A stretch of 64,000 nucleotides of DNA from an uncultured Victivallis sp. (lineage in GTDB: Bacteria; Verrucomicrobiota; Lentisphaeria; Victivallales; Victivallaceae), in assembly GCF_944389935.1 (NCBI RefSeq), contig NZ_CALXOE010000010.1; one strand, 5' to 3'. The notes beneath the pieces were generated by a model that had not been told where the DNA came from, made no database searches, and was given only the letters and a program-made list of their open reading frames with translations. A program made the translations under genes and the position numbers. Shown piece after piece: positions 9,001 to 17,250 of the stretch. The stretch's first letter is position 1, and every line of letters starts with the position of its first letter.

Positions 9001-9685
9001 AACAGTCGCGTTCGCCGAGAATCGCAACGCCGCCCTTTCCGTCGCCGAAAATCTGCACCTCGACGTGGCGGGCGCGCTCGATGTACTTCTCCAGAAACAG
9101 CCCCGAATCCTTGAAGTTGTTGCGGCTCAGGCGTCCGATCCGTTCAAACCCCTCCGCAAGCTCCTCATCGTTCCGGCAGATGCACATCCCGATTCCGCCG
9201 CCGCCGGCGGTGCTCTTGAGCATCACGGGATAACCGATTTCGGCAGCGGCCCGTTTCGCCGCCTGAACCTCATCCAGAAGTCCGCTCCCGGGGACAAGCG
9301 GAACACTCCAGCGTTCCGCAAGTTCCCGCGCCTTGTGCTTGAGCCCGAAGTCGACGAGCTGCTCCGGCGTCGGGCCGATGAATTCGATCCCGTTCCCGGC
9401 GCAGAGCCGCGCAAAAGAGGCGTTTTCGCTCAGAAAACCGTAACCGGGGTGAATCGCCTGCGCTCCGGTACGGCGGGCGGCGTCAAGAATCGCCTCCACA
9501 TTCAAATAGCTCTCCGCGGCCGATGCGGGGCCGACCCGCACCGCCTCATCCGCCTGCAGGACGTGGGCGGCGGTCGCGTCCGGGTCCGAATAGACGGCGA
9601 CGGACCCCACCCCCATCTTTCTGAGCGTGCGGATGATGCGGCAGGCGATTTCGCCGCGGTTTGCAATCAATACTTTCGTAAACAT
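6083..9685 (-). CDS. uca: Urea carboxylase family protein, probably guanidine-preferring
   Basis: Biotin carboxylase (ANRGEIA, HPGYGFLSEN), carboxyltransferase (GLHPSNLHDNAY, PENAVGIGG, GPGGYQ) and C-terminal biotinyl domain (ESMKTE). Confidence 0.95.
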   Translation of the reverse strand: MFTKVLIANRGEIACRIIRTLRKMGVGSVAVYSDPDATAAHVLQADEAVRVGPASAAESYLNVEAILDAARRTGAQAIHPGYGFLSENASFARLCAGNGIEFIGPTPEQLVDFGLKHKARELAERWSVPLVPGSGLLDEVQAAKRAAAEIGYPVMLKSTAGGGGIGMCICRNDEELAEGFERIGRLSRNNFKDSGLFLEKYIERARHVEVQIFGDGKGGVAILGERDCSVQRRNQKVIEETPAPNLPDATRRALHEAARRLAEGVAYRSAGTVEFIYDSEADRFYFLEVNTRLQVEHGVTESVFGIDLVEWMVRLAAGESPFRPGESFRPEGAAMEFRIYAEDPGRNFQPSSGLVTRAAFPAGVRCDTWISTGTEVSAFYDPLLAKIIVKGGDRAEVIRKAEEALKATEIAGFETNLLLLRDVLGMAPFREGRAGTWLLKEYAYSAPTFEILSPGTQTTVQDYPGRLGYWAVGVPPSGPMDAYSFRLANRIVGNAPEAPGLEMTLSGASLRFNTDALFALTGGEFPATLNGTEISRNTPIAAKKGDVLKVGTTRCGQRCYFAVAGGIDVPEYLGSRSTFTLGRFGGHGGRALAAGDVLHIGNWKVFEPLSPAAGAVPSIGNSWKIAVLYGPHGAPDYFTDQDIEEFFRAEWEVHYNSSRTGVRLVGPRPKWARPDGGEAGLHPSNLHDNAYAVGTIDFTGDMPVILGKDGPSLGGFVCPATIITADLWKVGQLRSGDKVKFIPVTPAQAAERREALEAILEHPEKADHPVAEPVGTVSGSPVLAEFHREDAMSRIVCRQDGDANFLLEFGPPVIDLRLRFTAHAWMLKLEEMHLPAILDITPGIRSIQIHFDPAKMTQEELLKLIAALAEKLKTETIRSVPTRTVYLPLSWDDPATRLAIQKYVSTVRPDAPWCCPNNIEFIRRINGLDSVEEVAKIVFDANYIVMGLGDVYLGAPVATPLDPLRRLVTTKYNPARTWTPENAVGIGGAYMCVYGMEGPGGYQFVGRTVQMWNRFNVTPEFVEGKPYLLRFFDQVRFFPVEADELLKIRRDFIAGKYHIRMEESVFDIQEYEKFLEENAASIEAFETKRKRAFEEEKERWIANGQLTFESHTVESAAPAEEAELKPGESGVYSPVAGSLWKLNVSEPGRRVRAGEILAVLESMKTEIPVAAESDCEIVRIFCAAGNEVKSGQCLFAVKTN

Positions 9686-9694
9686 GATCGTTTG

Positions 9695-10345
9695 TCACTC
9701 CTCTTGATCCCAGATGATCATCTCGACCGGAGTCGGATTGTAATCATTGCAGGGATTGTTCAACTGCGCACAGTTCGAGACGAGAACCAGAACATCCATC
9801 TCCGCAAGCAGATCGACGTACTTTCCGGCACCGGAAATGCCGTCAGCGAATTCCAGATGCCCGCTGTCGTCGAGCAGGACTTTCGTGAAAAAATTCAGAT
9901 TGCAGGTCTGGTCGCGCTTGCTCATCCCCGGCGTCTCCAGAAACTTCCGGACAAAAGTATCGCGGCAGCTGTGCATGTAACGGGTCCGATCGGTGTAACG
10001 GATCGTGTTCCCCTCCGCAGAGCAGCCGCTGCCGAGCGTATCGTGTTCGCCGCAGGTGTCTGCCACCACCCGGAACATGACGTTGTCGTCGTTGGAGCGG
10101 ATTTCTGTTCCAAGTTCGATCAGCGCCTTGCGCTGAGCCGCCAGCGTATTGTTGACGTTGTAGCGCTCGGCCGGGTTGTGCGCATTGTAGAGAAGCATGT
10201 CGACGGACTGGTTGCCGCAGAGATCGATGATCCGCAGGATCTGCCCTTTCTTCACGGTGTGCATCCAGCCGGTTCCGGCCTTGACGGTTTCCGAATAGAC
10301 GGCGGAAGCCCTGTCGCGCGGGATGTCCAACAGCTTATCGTTCAT
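9695..10345 (-). CDS. cgdB: DUF1989 urea carboxylase-associated protein, CgdB-like copy 2
   Basis: GNQSVD..YNA, DTCGEHDTLGSGCS, YMHSCRDTF, VSNCAQLNNPCN. Confidence 0.8.
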   Translation of the reverse strand: MNDKLLDIPRDRASAVYSETVKAGTGWMHTVKKGQILRIIDLCGNQSVDMLLYNAHNPAERYNVNNTLAAQRKALIELGTEIRSNDDNVMFRVVADTCGEHDTLGSGCSAEGNTIRYTDRTRYMHSCRDTFVRKFLETPGMSKRDQTCNLNFFTKVLLDDSGHLEFADGISGAGKYVDLLAEMDVLVLVSNCAQLNNPCNDYNPTPVEMIIWDQEE

Positions 10346-10360
10346 GTTCTTCTCTCCATT

Positions 10361-11005
10361 TCAGTTATCCCAGATGATCATTTTGACCGGCGTCGGATCG
10401 TAGCCGTTGCAGGGATTGTTCAGCTGCGGGCAGTTCGACACCAGAACGATGACGTTCATCATCGCCTGCAGTTCGATGTATTTCCCCGGAGAGGAGATGC
10501 CGTCGGCAAAATTGAGCCGGCCCTCCGCGTCGAGCGGAACGTACATGAAGAAATTCAGATTGTTGACCTGATCGCGTTTGTCCATCCCCGGCGTCGCAAG
10601 CAGTTTGGCCAGAAACGTCTCACGGCAAGCATGCATGTAGCGCGTATGGAACCCGTAACGGATCATATTGCTTTCGCAGGAACAGGCGCTGCCGAGCGTA
10701 TCGTGATCTCCACAGGTGTCGGCCACCACCTTGAGCATGACGTTGTCGTCGTTGGAGCGCAGCTCGGTTCCGAGCCCGACGAGGGCGTTCCGCTGCGCTT
10801 GAACCGTCTGCTGCACGCTGTAACGCTCATAAATGTCATCGGCGTTGTAGAAGATGGTGTCGACCGCCTGATTGCCGTTCACATCGACGATCCGCAGGAC
10901 CTGTCCCTTTTTCACGGTGTGCATCCATCCGTCACCGGCCTTGACGGTTTCGACATAAACGGCATCGGCCTCTTTGCGATTGCTTTCAAGATATTCCGTA
11001 ACCAT
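10361..11005 (-). CDS. cgdB: DUF1989 urea carboxylase-associated protein, CgdB-like copy 1
   Basis: GNQAVD..YNA, DTCGDHDTLGSACSCESN, YMHACRETF, VSNCPQLNNPCN. Confidence 0.85.
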   Translation of the reverse strand: MVTEYLESNRKEADAVYVETVKAGDGWMHTVKKGQVLRIVDVNGNQAVDTIFYNADDIYERYSVQQTVQAQRNALVGLGTELRSNDDNVMLKVVADTCGDHDTLGSACSCESNMIRYGFHTRYMHACRETFLAKLLATPGMDKRDQVNNLNFFMYVPLDAEGRLNFADGISSPGKYIELQAMMNVIVLVSNCPQLNNPCNGYDPTPVKMIIWDN

Positions 11006-11014
11006 GACATCACC

Positions 11015-11746
11015 TCACGCAAGATAAAGTTCAGTTGCAATGAAACCCCGCTCGTTCTCCGGACACCAGGTGAAACAGGGATCCTCTTTTGTGCCGGGTT
11101 CGCAGCGGTAAACCGTCGCCTTGATCGGCTTGCGCGGATATTCGGTCGCGGGAGAAAGCGGATGCATACCGGTATCGAGAATCACCAGCGTATCGATCTC
11201 CGCGCGCAGGTCGACGTAATCGCCGGGTTTGGAGTTGCCCTCGATGAAACTCATGCCACCCTTGTCATCCACAATGACTTTGGAGAAGAAGTTGATGATC
11301 TCCGTGAAGTCGCGTTTGGTCATGCCGTGCTTGCCCAGTTCGACGAGCAGAGAGTCGTAACCGTTCCGGTAGAAGTCGTTGTGCGCCTCCTGATACTCCT
11401 TCTTCCCGAATTTCTTCTCGATGAGGGAGGCGTGGGCGCAGCCGCAGAGCATGTCGTGCCATCCGCAGGTGTCCGCGGGAACGCTCATGAGAATCCGCCC
11501 CATGTCGGAGTAGATGCAGCAATCTTTCGTGAGGCGGCAGATATGTTGAATCTTCAGGGTGTCCCCGAGATTGAACCGTTCCGAGAAATTCGCGGCGTTG
11601 TAGAACATGGCCGAAACGTTTCCGCCGCCCTCGATATCGGTCAGCCGCAGAGCCTGGCCCCGGCGAATGATGCGCGAGTAGTTCCAGCCTCCGGCGATGG
11701 TGGTTTCCGTGATGATCCGATCCGTGATGTCGCTGTTCATAATCAT
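11015..11746 (-). CDS. cgdA: DUF1989 urea carboxylase-associated protein, CgdA-like
   Basis: GGNVSAMFYNA, DTLKIQH, YSDMGRILMS, CGWHD, INFFSKV, HPL motifs typical of the first subunit. Confidence 0.85.
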   Translation of the reverse strand: MIMNSDITDRIITETTIAGGWNYSRIIRRGQALRLTDIEGGGNVSAMFYNAANFSERFNLGDTLKIQHICRLTKDCCIYSDMGRILMSVPADTCGWHDMLCGCAHASLIEKKFGKKEYQEAHNDFYRNGYDSLLVELGKHGMTKRDFTEIINFFSKVIVDDKGGMSFIEGNSKPGDYVDLRAEIDTLVILDTGMHPLSPATEYPRKPIKATVYRCEPGTKEDPCFTWCPENERGFIATELYLA

Positions 11747-11762
11747 ACCTCCTGTTCAGGTT

Positions 11763-12662
11763 TTACAAAAATGTCTTGTCGCCGACCATGTTGACGACTT
11801 TGAATTCACACTCGTCTTCCCGCTTGACGGGGGGACGGATCAACTTGTCGATGTGCTCCCGGGTTGCGAGGAATTCCGGTTCGAGCAGCATCCGCGAACG
11901 GCGCGGCCGCGGGAGCGGAACTTCGATGAGTTCATTGATTTCGCCCGGATTCGCTTTCAGAGCCAGAATGCGGTCGGAGAGATAGACCGCCTCGTCCAGA
12001 TCGTGCGTCACGAAAATGATCGTGATGTCGATGTTCCGCCAGACTTCGAGCAGATAGTTCTGCATCTGAGTCCGGGTCTGCGCGTCGAGCGCCCCGAACG
12101 GTTCGTCCATGAGCAGAACGCGCGGCTGAGGCGCGAGGGCTCTGGCGATCGCCACACGCTGCTGCATGCCTCCGGAAAGCTGTCCGGGATAGTAGTCCGC
12201 ATACCGGGCCAGCCCGATGATGTCCAGCCACTGCAGCGCGATGTTTTCGGCGGTGTCGCGATCCTTGCCGATCGATTCCAGCCCGAACATGACGTTCCGG
12301 CAGACGGTCAGCCAGGGGAAGAGCGTGTACTTCTGAAAGACCATCCCGCGTTCCGCGCCGGGAGCGACGACCGGTTTGCCGTCCAGCAGAATTTCCCCGG
12401 AAGTCGCCGTCTCGAGTCCGGCCAGAATGCGGATCAGCGTCGACTTTCCGCAGCCGGAGGGACCGATGATCGAGAGGAACTCCCGCTGATGGACCTGAAA
12501 CGAAATATCTTTCAGGACAATCTGGTTTTTTCCGCTGGAAGTCGGAAACTCCTTGAAGAGATTCCGGGTTTCCATGATGACCGGGCGGCGAACCAGCCGG
12601 GCGAACCGGTCACGCACCTCGGGACTCATCATTTGTTTGTAATCAGGCAGAGTGCTGTTCAT
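11763..12662 (-). CDS. ABC transporter ATP-binding protein (TauB/SsuB-like)
   Basis: [29 protein letters not shown]; start set at ATG 12662 after AGGAGG. Confidence 0.93.
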   Translation of the reverse strand: MNSTLPDYKQMMSPEVRDRFARLVRRPVIMETRNLFKEFPTSSGKNQIVLKDISFQVHQREFLSIIGPSGCGKSTLIRILAGLETATSGEILLDGKPVVAPGAERGMVFQKYTLFPWLTVCRNVMFGLESIGKDRDTAENIALQWLDIIGLARYADYYPGQLSGGMQQRVAIARALAPQPRVLLMDEPFGALDAQTRTQMQNYLLEVWRNIDITIIFVTHDLDEAVYLSDRILALKANPGEINELIEVPLPRPRRSRMLLEPEFLATREHIDKLIRPPVKREDECEFKVVNMVGDKTFL

Positions 12663-13749
12663 CTCTTTTCCTCCTCTCCTCTTTGGAAAGAACGATCGAA
12701 AACACCTGGTCGCGGGGACCGAAAATCTCCTCCGCCGCCCGGTAGAAAATCCCCTTGTGCTTGCTCTCCCACGGGAAGATCTGGCGGCCGAACCACGCGA
12801 GGAACATATCGCAGAACAATCCGATGCAGCCGATGATGATGATCGCGGCATACACATTGGAAAAGTCCCGGTATTTCGCCTGCTGGTTGATGAACCAGCT
12901 GATTCCGGAGCTCGTTCCGACGACCTCCGCGACGATCAGATAGGTCCACGCCCATCCGAGCAGAATCCGCATATCCTTGTAGAGCCGCGGGAGAACACTC
13001 GGGATGATGACTTTCATGAGGATTCTTCTCCGGGATGCCCCGAGAGTCTGAGCCGCTTCGATCAACGCGCCGTCCGCGCTGCGGGTGGTATTGGCCACCA
13101 TCGGCAGCTGCTGGAAAAAGGTTCCGATGAAGATGATCGCAATCTTCGGCGCATCGTTGATTCCGAGGATCGCCACGCACAGTGTCGCAAACACCGGCGC
13201 GGGGAAATAACGGAAAAATTCGATGAACGGTTCGATCAGACGCTCGAAAAACGGAAATGTCCCACAGAGAATCCCCAGCGGGACACCGAAGAGCGAAGAG
13301 ATCAGAAATCCGAGAAACACAATCCGGATGCTGTGCCCGATGCTCTCGTGAAACCACGCCTCCCCGTCGCGGCGCGGCGGAGTCAGAAACGCGGTCACCA
13401 GCGACCGGGCAACCTGATGCGGCGCAGGGAGGTAAGCGGGATTCGCCCGCTCCCCCCGCATGATTTTTCCGCCGCTCGAGGCCAGTTCCCGATTTTCCTC
13501 TTCAAACGCGCTGCGCTCGATAAGGTCGCCCGGGGCGCACAGGAAGCTGTCCCCCGCGTCCGTCACCCGAACCAGCGGATGATAGAGAAACGGGACGTAG
13601 CTTACCAGGCACCAGAGCAGGAGCGGCAGTGCGAACGAGAGAAACAGCAGAATATATTCCTGACGTCTGGTTAATTTTTTTCGTATGGCAAAACAGCCAA
13701 CGTTCTGCATTTTCATCATGAACTTCCTCAATCCGGAACCGTGAATCAT
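12643..13749 (-). CDS. ABC transporter permease (TauC/SsuC-like)
   Basis: Hydrophobic helices, EAAQTLGAS loop, [11 protein letters not shown]; ATGA overlap with upstream gene. Confidence 0.92.
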   Translation of the reverse strand: MIHGSGLRKFMMKMQNVGCFAIRKKLTRRQEYILLFLSFALPLLLWCLVSYVPFLYHPLVRVTDAGDSFLCAPGDLIERSAFEEENRELASSGGKIMRGERANPAYLPAPHQVARSLVTAFLTPPRRDGEAWFHESIGHSIRIVFLGFLISSLFGVPLGILCGTFPFFERLIEPFIEFFRYFPAPVFATLCVAILGINDAPKIAIIFIGTFFQQLPMVANTTRSADGALIEAAQTLGASRRRILMKVIIPSVLPRLYKDMRILLGWAWTYLIVAEVVGTSSGISWFINQQAKYRDFSNVYAAIIIIGCIGLFCDMFLAWFGRQIFPWESKHKGIFYRAAEEIFGPRDQVFSIVLSKEERRKRDEQHSA

Positions 13750-14738
13750 TTCTGACGGGACAGATACTCTTTCGTAAAGATCGGCGTGATATGCCGGTTC
13801 ACATCGACGCTTTTCTTATAGATCTTATTCCCGAAGAAGAACTTGTCGACAATTTCCGAAGAACCGTAAATGGAGTCGAATCCCGGCGTTTTACGGAAAC
13901 GGGCCAGCGCCTCCTCGGCGGTGAGAAAACGAGTCCCGTCGATATAGTCTCCATATTTTTTCTCAGAAACCCCGACCCGGTCCGCCATGATTTTGATCGC
14001 TTCCGGCCGGGTTGCCGGATCGTTCAGGAAATCGATGACATCGTACCAGGCGGCAATGACTTTCTTCCATTCATCGCGATGCTTCATCAGACTTTCCGTC
14101 GAAACCGTCAGCACATCGTAGATGATTCCGGGCTCGTCCGCGCTCGTATAGATGGCTTTTGATCCCTTCACGAGTTCAAGCGCGTTGCCCGAGTGCGGCT
14201 GCCAGGCGACCACGGCATCGACCTCGCCGGTCTCGAGGATCTGCGCGGCCTGATGGGTCGGCATATTCACGAGTTCCACGTCCGACTCTTTCAGTCCGTT
14301 TTTCGTAAGAGCATTGATGAGAAGCGCATGACTCAGACAACCGAATTCAACCCCGACCTTTTTGCCCTTGAGTTCCTTGACGGAATTGATTCCGGGGCGG
14401 GCGACGATTTTGTCGTTGCCGTTGCTGTAATCGTTGATGAGGATGATGACGTTCCGCGCGCCGGTCGCATTGAGCACCATCGCGTCGCCGTTGGAGAGTC
14501 CGACCGCATCGATTTTCCCGACGGAAAACGCATCAAGTGAGGGCCCGTACTCGAACCACTCGAGTTTGACCTTGACGCCGTGTTTCTGGAAAAATCCCTT
14601 CTTGTCGGCGATCTCCCAGGCGGTCCAGCCCGGCCAGTCGCTGTATCCGATCCGGAGCGTCGGCTGATCGGCCGCCATCATCACCAGAGGAGCAATGGCA
14701 CTGAGGATTCCAGCTATGACAAATTTAAAACCACTCAT
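13746..14738 (-). CDS. ABC transporter substrate-binding protein (NMT1/SsuA-like, urea carboxylase-associated)
   Basis: Signal peptide, IGYSDWPGW, DYSNGNDKIV, AWQPH; start ATG 14738 after AAGGAGG. Confidence 0.9.
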   Translation of the reverse strand: MSGFKFVIAGILSAIAPLVMMAADQPTLRIGYSDWPGWTAWEIADKKGFFQKHGVKVKLEWFEYGPSLDAFSVGKIDAVGLSNGDAMVLNATGARNVIILINDYSNGNDKIVARPGINSVKELKGKKVGVEFGCLSHALLINALTKNGLKESDVELVNMPTHQAAQILETGEVDAVVAWQPHSGNALELVKGSKAIYTSADEPGIIYDVLTVSTESLMKHRDEWKKVIAAWYDVIDFLNDPATRPEAIKIMADRVGVSEKKYGDYIDGTRFLTAEEALARFRKTPGFDSIYGSSEIVDKFFFGNKIYKKSVDVNRHITPIFTKEYLSRQK

Positions 14739-14781
14739 TTTCAACCTCCTTTTCTCATGAACGGTTGGATGCCCTCTTTGC

Positions 14782-14798
14782 AGCAGGATGAATGCCAA
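14782..14798 (-). promoter_or_regulatory. Sigma54-type (-24/-12) promoter of the guanidine/urea operon
   Basis: Minus strand TTGGCATTCATCCTGCT = GG-N10-GC, ~45 nt upstream of the first start codon. Confidence 0.78.
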
Positions 14799-14844
14799 CC
14801 TTGTTTTTGAGGGGGAACAGGTCGATACAGCCCGATTTTGTTTT

Positions 14845-14886
14845 ACAATTTTGTTCAAACCGGAGATCGCATACGACCAATTTTGT
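14845..14886. promoter_or_regulatory. Two ACAAWWTTGT-type sites (candidate enhancer/UAS)
   Basis: ACAATTTTGT at 14845-14854 and CCAATTTTGT at 14877-14886, 32 bp apart; same motif as 3336-3375. Confidence 0.55.
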
Positions 14887-15233
14887 CTAAACGCCTCCGG
14901 ATTCGATCAACCGGGGAACGGCTCGCTCCGACCGCCGTCGGCGACAGCCGGATCGCGGGCCGAGACCGTGAACGGCCGCATATCGGACCGGGTTTGGTCG
15001 GGCGGAGAATCCGGATATGCCCCCGGCGTTTTCAGAAAGCGGAATTTACATTTTCCGGGATTGCGTTCCGGAAATTCCGGAGGCCGGCCGCCCCGCCTCC
15101 ATTTTCCCGCTTTTCCGCGGTGCCGGGCGAAAAAAGGAAAAAAATCCGCCTCCGGGGGTGAAAAAAAACAAATCTGGTGTATATTATTTCAATTTCCCGT
15201 TTCTAAACAAGCAACTTCGCAAGGAGAACCAAC

Positions 15234-15938
15234 ATGAGTTGTCCGTATCAGTGCTCGCACGAAGTCGAGCAGATGTGCCGCGTCGCCAAAGGCGTCAAAC
15301 ACGGCCCGGCCCCGATTCCCGAGGAGGGGAAGTGGGTCAAATCCAAGCAGATCTCCGATATTTCCGGCCTGACCCACGGCGTGGGCTGGTGCGCTCCCCA
15401 GCAGGGCGCCTGCAAACTCACGCTCAACGTCAAGGACGGCGTCATTCAGGAAGCTCTCGTCGAAACCCTCGGCTGCTCCGGCATGACTCACTCCGCCGCC
15501 ATGGCGTCGGAGATTCTCCCCGGCAAGACCATTCTCGAGGCTCTGAACTCCGACCTCGTCTGCGACGCCATCAACGTCGCCATGCGTGAACTCTTCAAAC
15601 AGATCGTCTACGGCCGTACCCAGACCGCGTTCAGCGAAGGCGGACTGCCCATCGGCGCCGGTCTTGAAGACCTCGGCAAGGGACTTCGTTCCCAGGTCGG
15701 GACCATGTTCTCCACCCTGGAAAAGGGACCGCGTTACCTCGAGATGGCCGAGGGATACGTCCTCGAGCTCGGACTCGACGAGAACAGCGAGATCATCGGC
15801 TACAAGTTCGTCCACCTCGGCAAAATGATGGAAGCCATCCGCAAGGGCGTCGAACCCGCCGAAGCATTCAAGGCCAATGTCAAGAGCTACGGCCGCTTCG
15901 ACGAAGCCGTCAAGAAAATCGACCCGCGCAAAGAATAA
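15234..15938 (+). CDS. NifU/IscU N-terminal-like Fe-S scaffold family protein (GGGtGRT partner)
   Basis: GWCAPQQGACKL, GCSGMTHSAAMA, LVCDAIN Cys pattern; AAGGAG RBS. Confidence 0.85.
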   Translation: MSCPYQCSHEVEQMCRVAKGVKHGPAPIPEEGKWVKSKQISDISGLTHGVGWCAPQQGACKLTLNVKDGVIQEALVETLGCSGMTHSAAMASEILPGKTILEALNSDLVCDAINVAMRELFKQIVYGRTQTAFSEGGLPIGAGLEDLGKGLRSQVGTMFSTLEKGPRYLEMAEGYVLELGLDENSEIIGYKFVHLGKMMEAIRKGVEPAEAFKANVKSYGRFDEAVKKIDPRKE

Positions 15939-15951
15939 GGAGTTCATGACA

Positions 15952-16950
15952 ATGAGCGTGCAATTTGAAGGATACGAGCGCCGGATCGGAAAAATCGAAA
16001 AGGCGCTGAAAGAGTACGGCATCGAGTCCCTCGAGGCCGCCCGCGACCTCTGCCTCTCCAAGGGCGTCGACGTCGACAAGATCGTCCGCGGCGTGCAGCC
16101 GATCGCATTCGAGAACGCCGTCTGGGCTTACACCCTCGGCGCCGCCATCGCCATCAAGAAAGGTTCCAAAGATGCCGCCGAAGCCGCCGAGAACATCGGA
16201 ATCGGTCTCCAGGCGTTCTGCATTCCGGGGTCCGTAGCGGACTCCCGTCAGGTCGGTCTCGGCCACGGCAACCTCGCTGCGATGCTGCTGCGCGAAGAGA
16301 CCAAGTGCTTCTGCTTCCTCGCCGGCCACGAGTCGTTCGCGGCGGCCGAGGGCGCGATCGGCATCGCCAAGACCGCCAACAAAGTCCGCAAGGAGCCGCT
16401 CCGCGTCATCCTGAACGGACTCGGCAAGGATGCCGCCTACATCATCAGCCGCATCAATGGTTTCACCTACGTTGAGACCGAGTATGACTACTACACCGGC
16501 GAACTGAAGATCGTCGAGGAGAAGGCGTTCTCCAACGGGCCGAAAGCGGCGGTCAAGTGCTACGGCGCCGACGACGTCTCCGAGGGTGTTGCGATCATGA
16601 TCAAAGAGGGCGTCGATGTTTCCATCACCGGAAACTCCACGAACCCGACCCGGTTCCAGCATCCGGTCGCCGGCACTTACAAGAAGTGGGCGATCGAGAA
16701 CGGCCGCAAATACTTCAGCGTCGCCTCGGGCGGCGGCACCGGCCGCACGCTGCACCCGGACAACATGGCTGCCGGTCCGGCCTCCTACGGCATGACCGAC
16801 ACGATGGGCCGCATGCACGGCGACGCGCAGTTCGCGGGTTCCTCCAGCGTTCCGGCGCACGTCGAGATGATGGGTCTCATCGGCATGGGCAACAACCCGA
16901 TGGTCGGCGCTTCGGTCGCCGTCGCGGTGGCGGTTTCCCAGGCGAAGTAA
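15952..16950 (+). CDS. GGGtGRT protein (function unknown)
   Basis: Contains ASGGGTGRTLHPD signature; follows the NifU-like gene. Confidence 0.92.
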   Translation: MSVQFEGYERRIGKIEKALKEYGIESLEAARDLCLSKGVDVDKIVRGVQPIAFENAVWAYTLGAAIAIKKGSKDAAEAAENIGIGLQAFCIPGSVADSRQVGLGHGNLAAMLLREETKCFCFLAGHESFAAAEGAIGIAKTANKVRKEPLRVILNGLGKDAAYIISRINGFTYVETEYDYYTGELKIVEEKAFSNGPKAAVKCYGADDVSEGVAIMIKEGVDVSITGNSTNPTRFQHPVAGTYKKWAIENGRKYFSVASGGGTGRTLHPDNMAAGPASYGMTDTMGRMHGDAQFAGSSSVPAHVEMMGLIGMGNNPMVGASVAVAVAVSQAK

Positions 16951-16971
16951 TCGAGCTGTCGCAAATCAAAG

Positions 16972-17009
16972 CGGCGCCCCGTTTCATACGAGCGGGGCGC
17001 CGTTTTTTT
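16972..17009 (+). terminator. Intrinsic terminator
   Basis: CGGCGCCCCG / CGGGGCGCCG stem followed by T7. Confidence 0.9.
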
Positions 17010-17127
17010 GTTTTCCAAAACGTTTTTCAGGGAGGGGGAAGTGCTGTTTCCGGCGTTTCCTCCCGGATTGAATTCGGTTGTCAGATATCGTCGCCGGGAG
17101 CATTCACCGTGCAGCTTATGCGCTTCA

Positions 17128-17158
17128 TTATGCATAACAAAGAGGCAGTTATGCATAG
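17128..17158. promoter_or_regulatory. Paired TTATGCATA palindromes (candidate operator)
   Basis: TTATGCATAA at 17128-17137 and TTATGCATAG at 17149-17158; TATGCATAAC / GTTATGCATA also form a 10 bp inverted repeat. Confidence 0.45.
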
Positions 17159-17196
17159 AAAATTTCAAAATTGACTCGGAACTCCCTGTCCCTCTG

Positions 17197-17225
17197 TTGA
17201 CTTTGCGGCAGAATTTTCCTATAAT
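17197..17225 (+). promoter_or_regulatory. Sigma70-type promoter of the LacI gene
   Basis: TTGACT-N17-TATAAT. Confidence 0.8.
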
Positions 17226-17250
17226 ATAAAGCAAAACAAAGGATGATAGA

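Noticed and set aside
4271-11794. 2507 aa plus-strand ORF spanning five genes
   Set aside because: It is the codon-for-codon antisense frame of atzF, uca and the cgd genes, which all happen to share one register. Rarity of TTA/CTA/TCA codons in GC-rich genes keeps it open, and the translation has no recognisable motifs.
13746-14858. Longer N-terminal extensions from the ORF track (also for fba, trpB, trpC, ABC ATPase, DeoR, pilin-like gene)
   Set aside because: Downstream ATGs have clear RBSs and match family N-termini; the 14858 start would lie upstream of the predicted promoter.
14900-15030. Possible guanidine riboswitch: GCATATC/GATATGC stem and a single GCCG-ACGG-CGGT hairpin on the minus strand
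   Set aside because: Lacks the guanidine-I CUAGGGUUCCG and GGGAYAAAAGCCC segments. Only one ACGR hairpin is present where class II needs two, and it lies upstream of the predicted sigma54 start. An Infernal scan would settle it.
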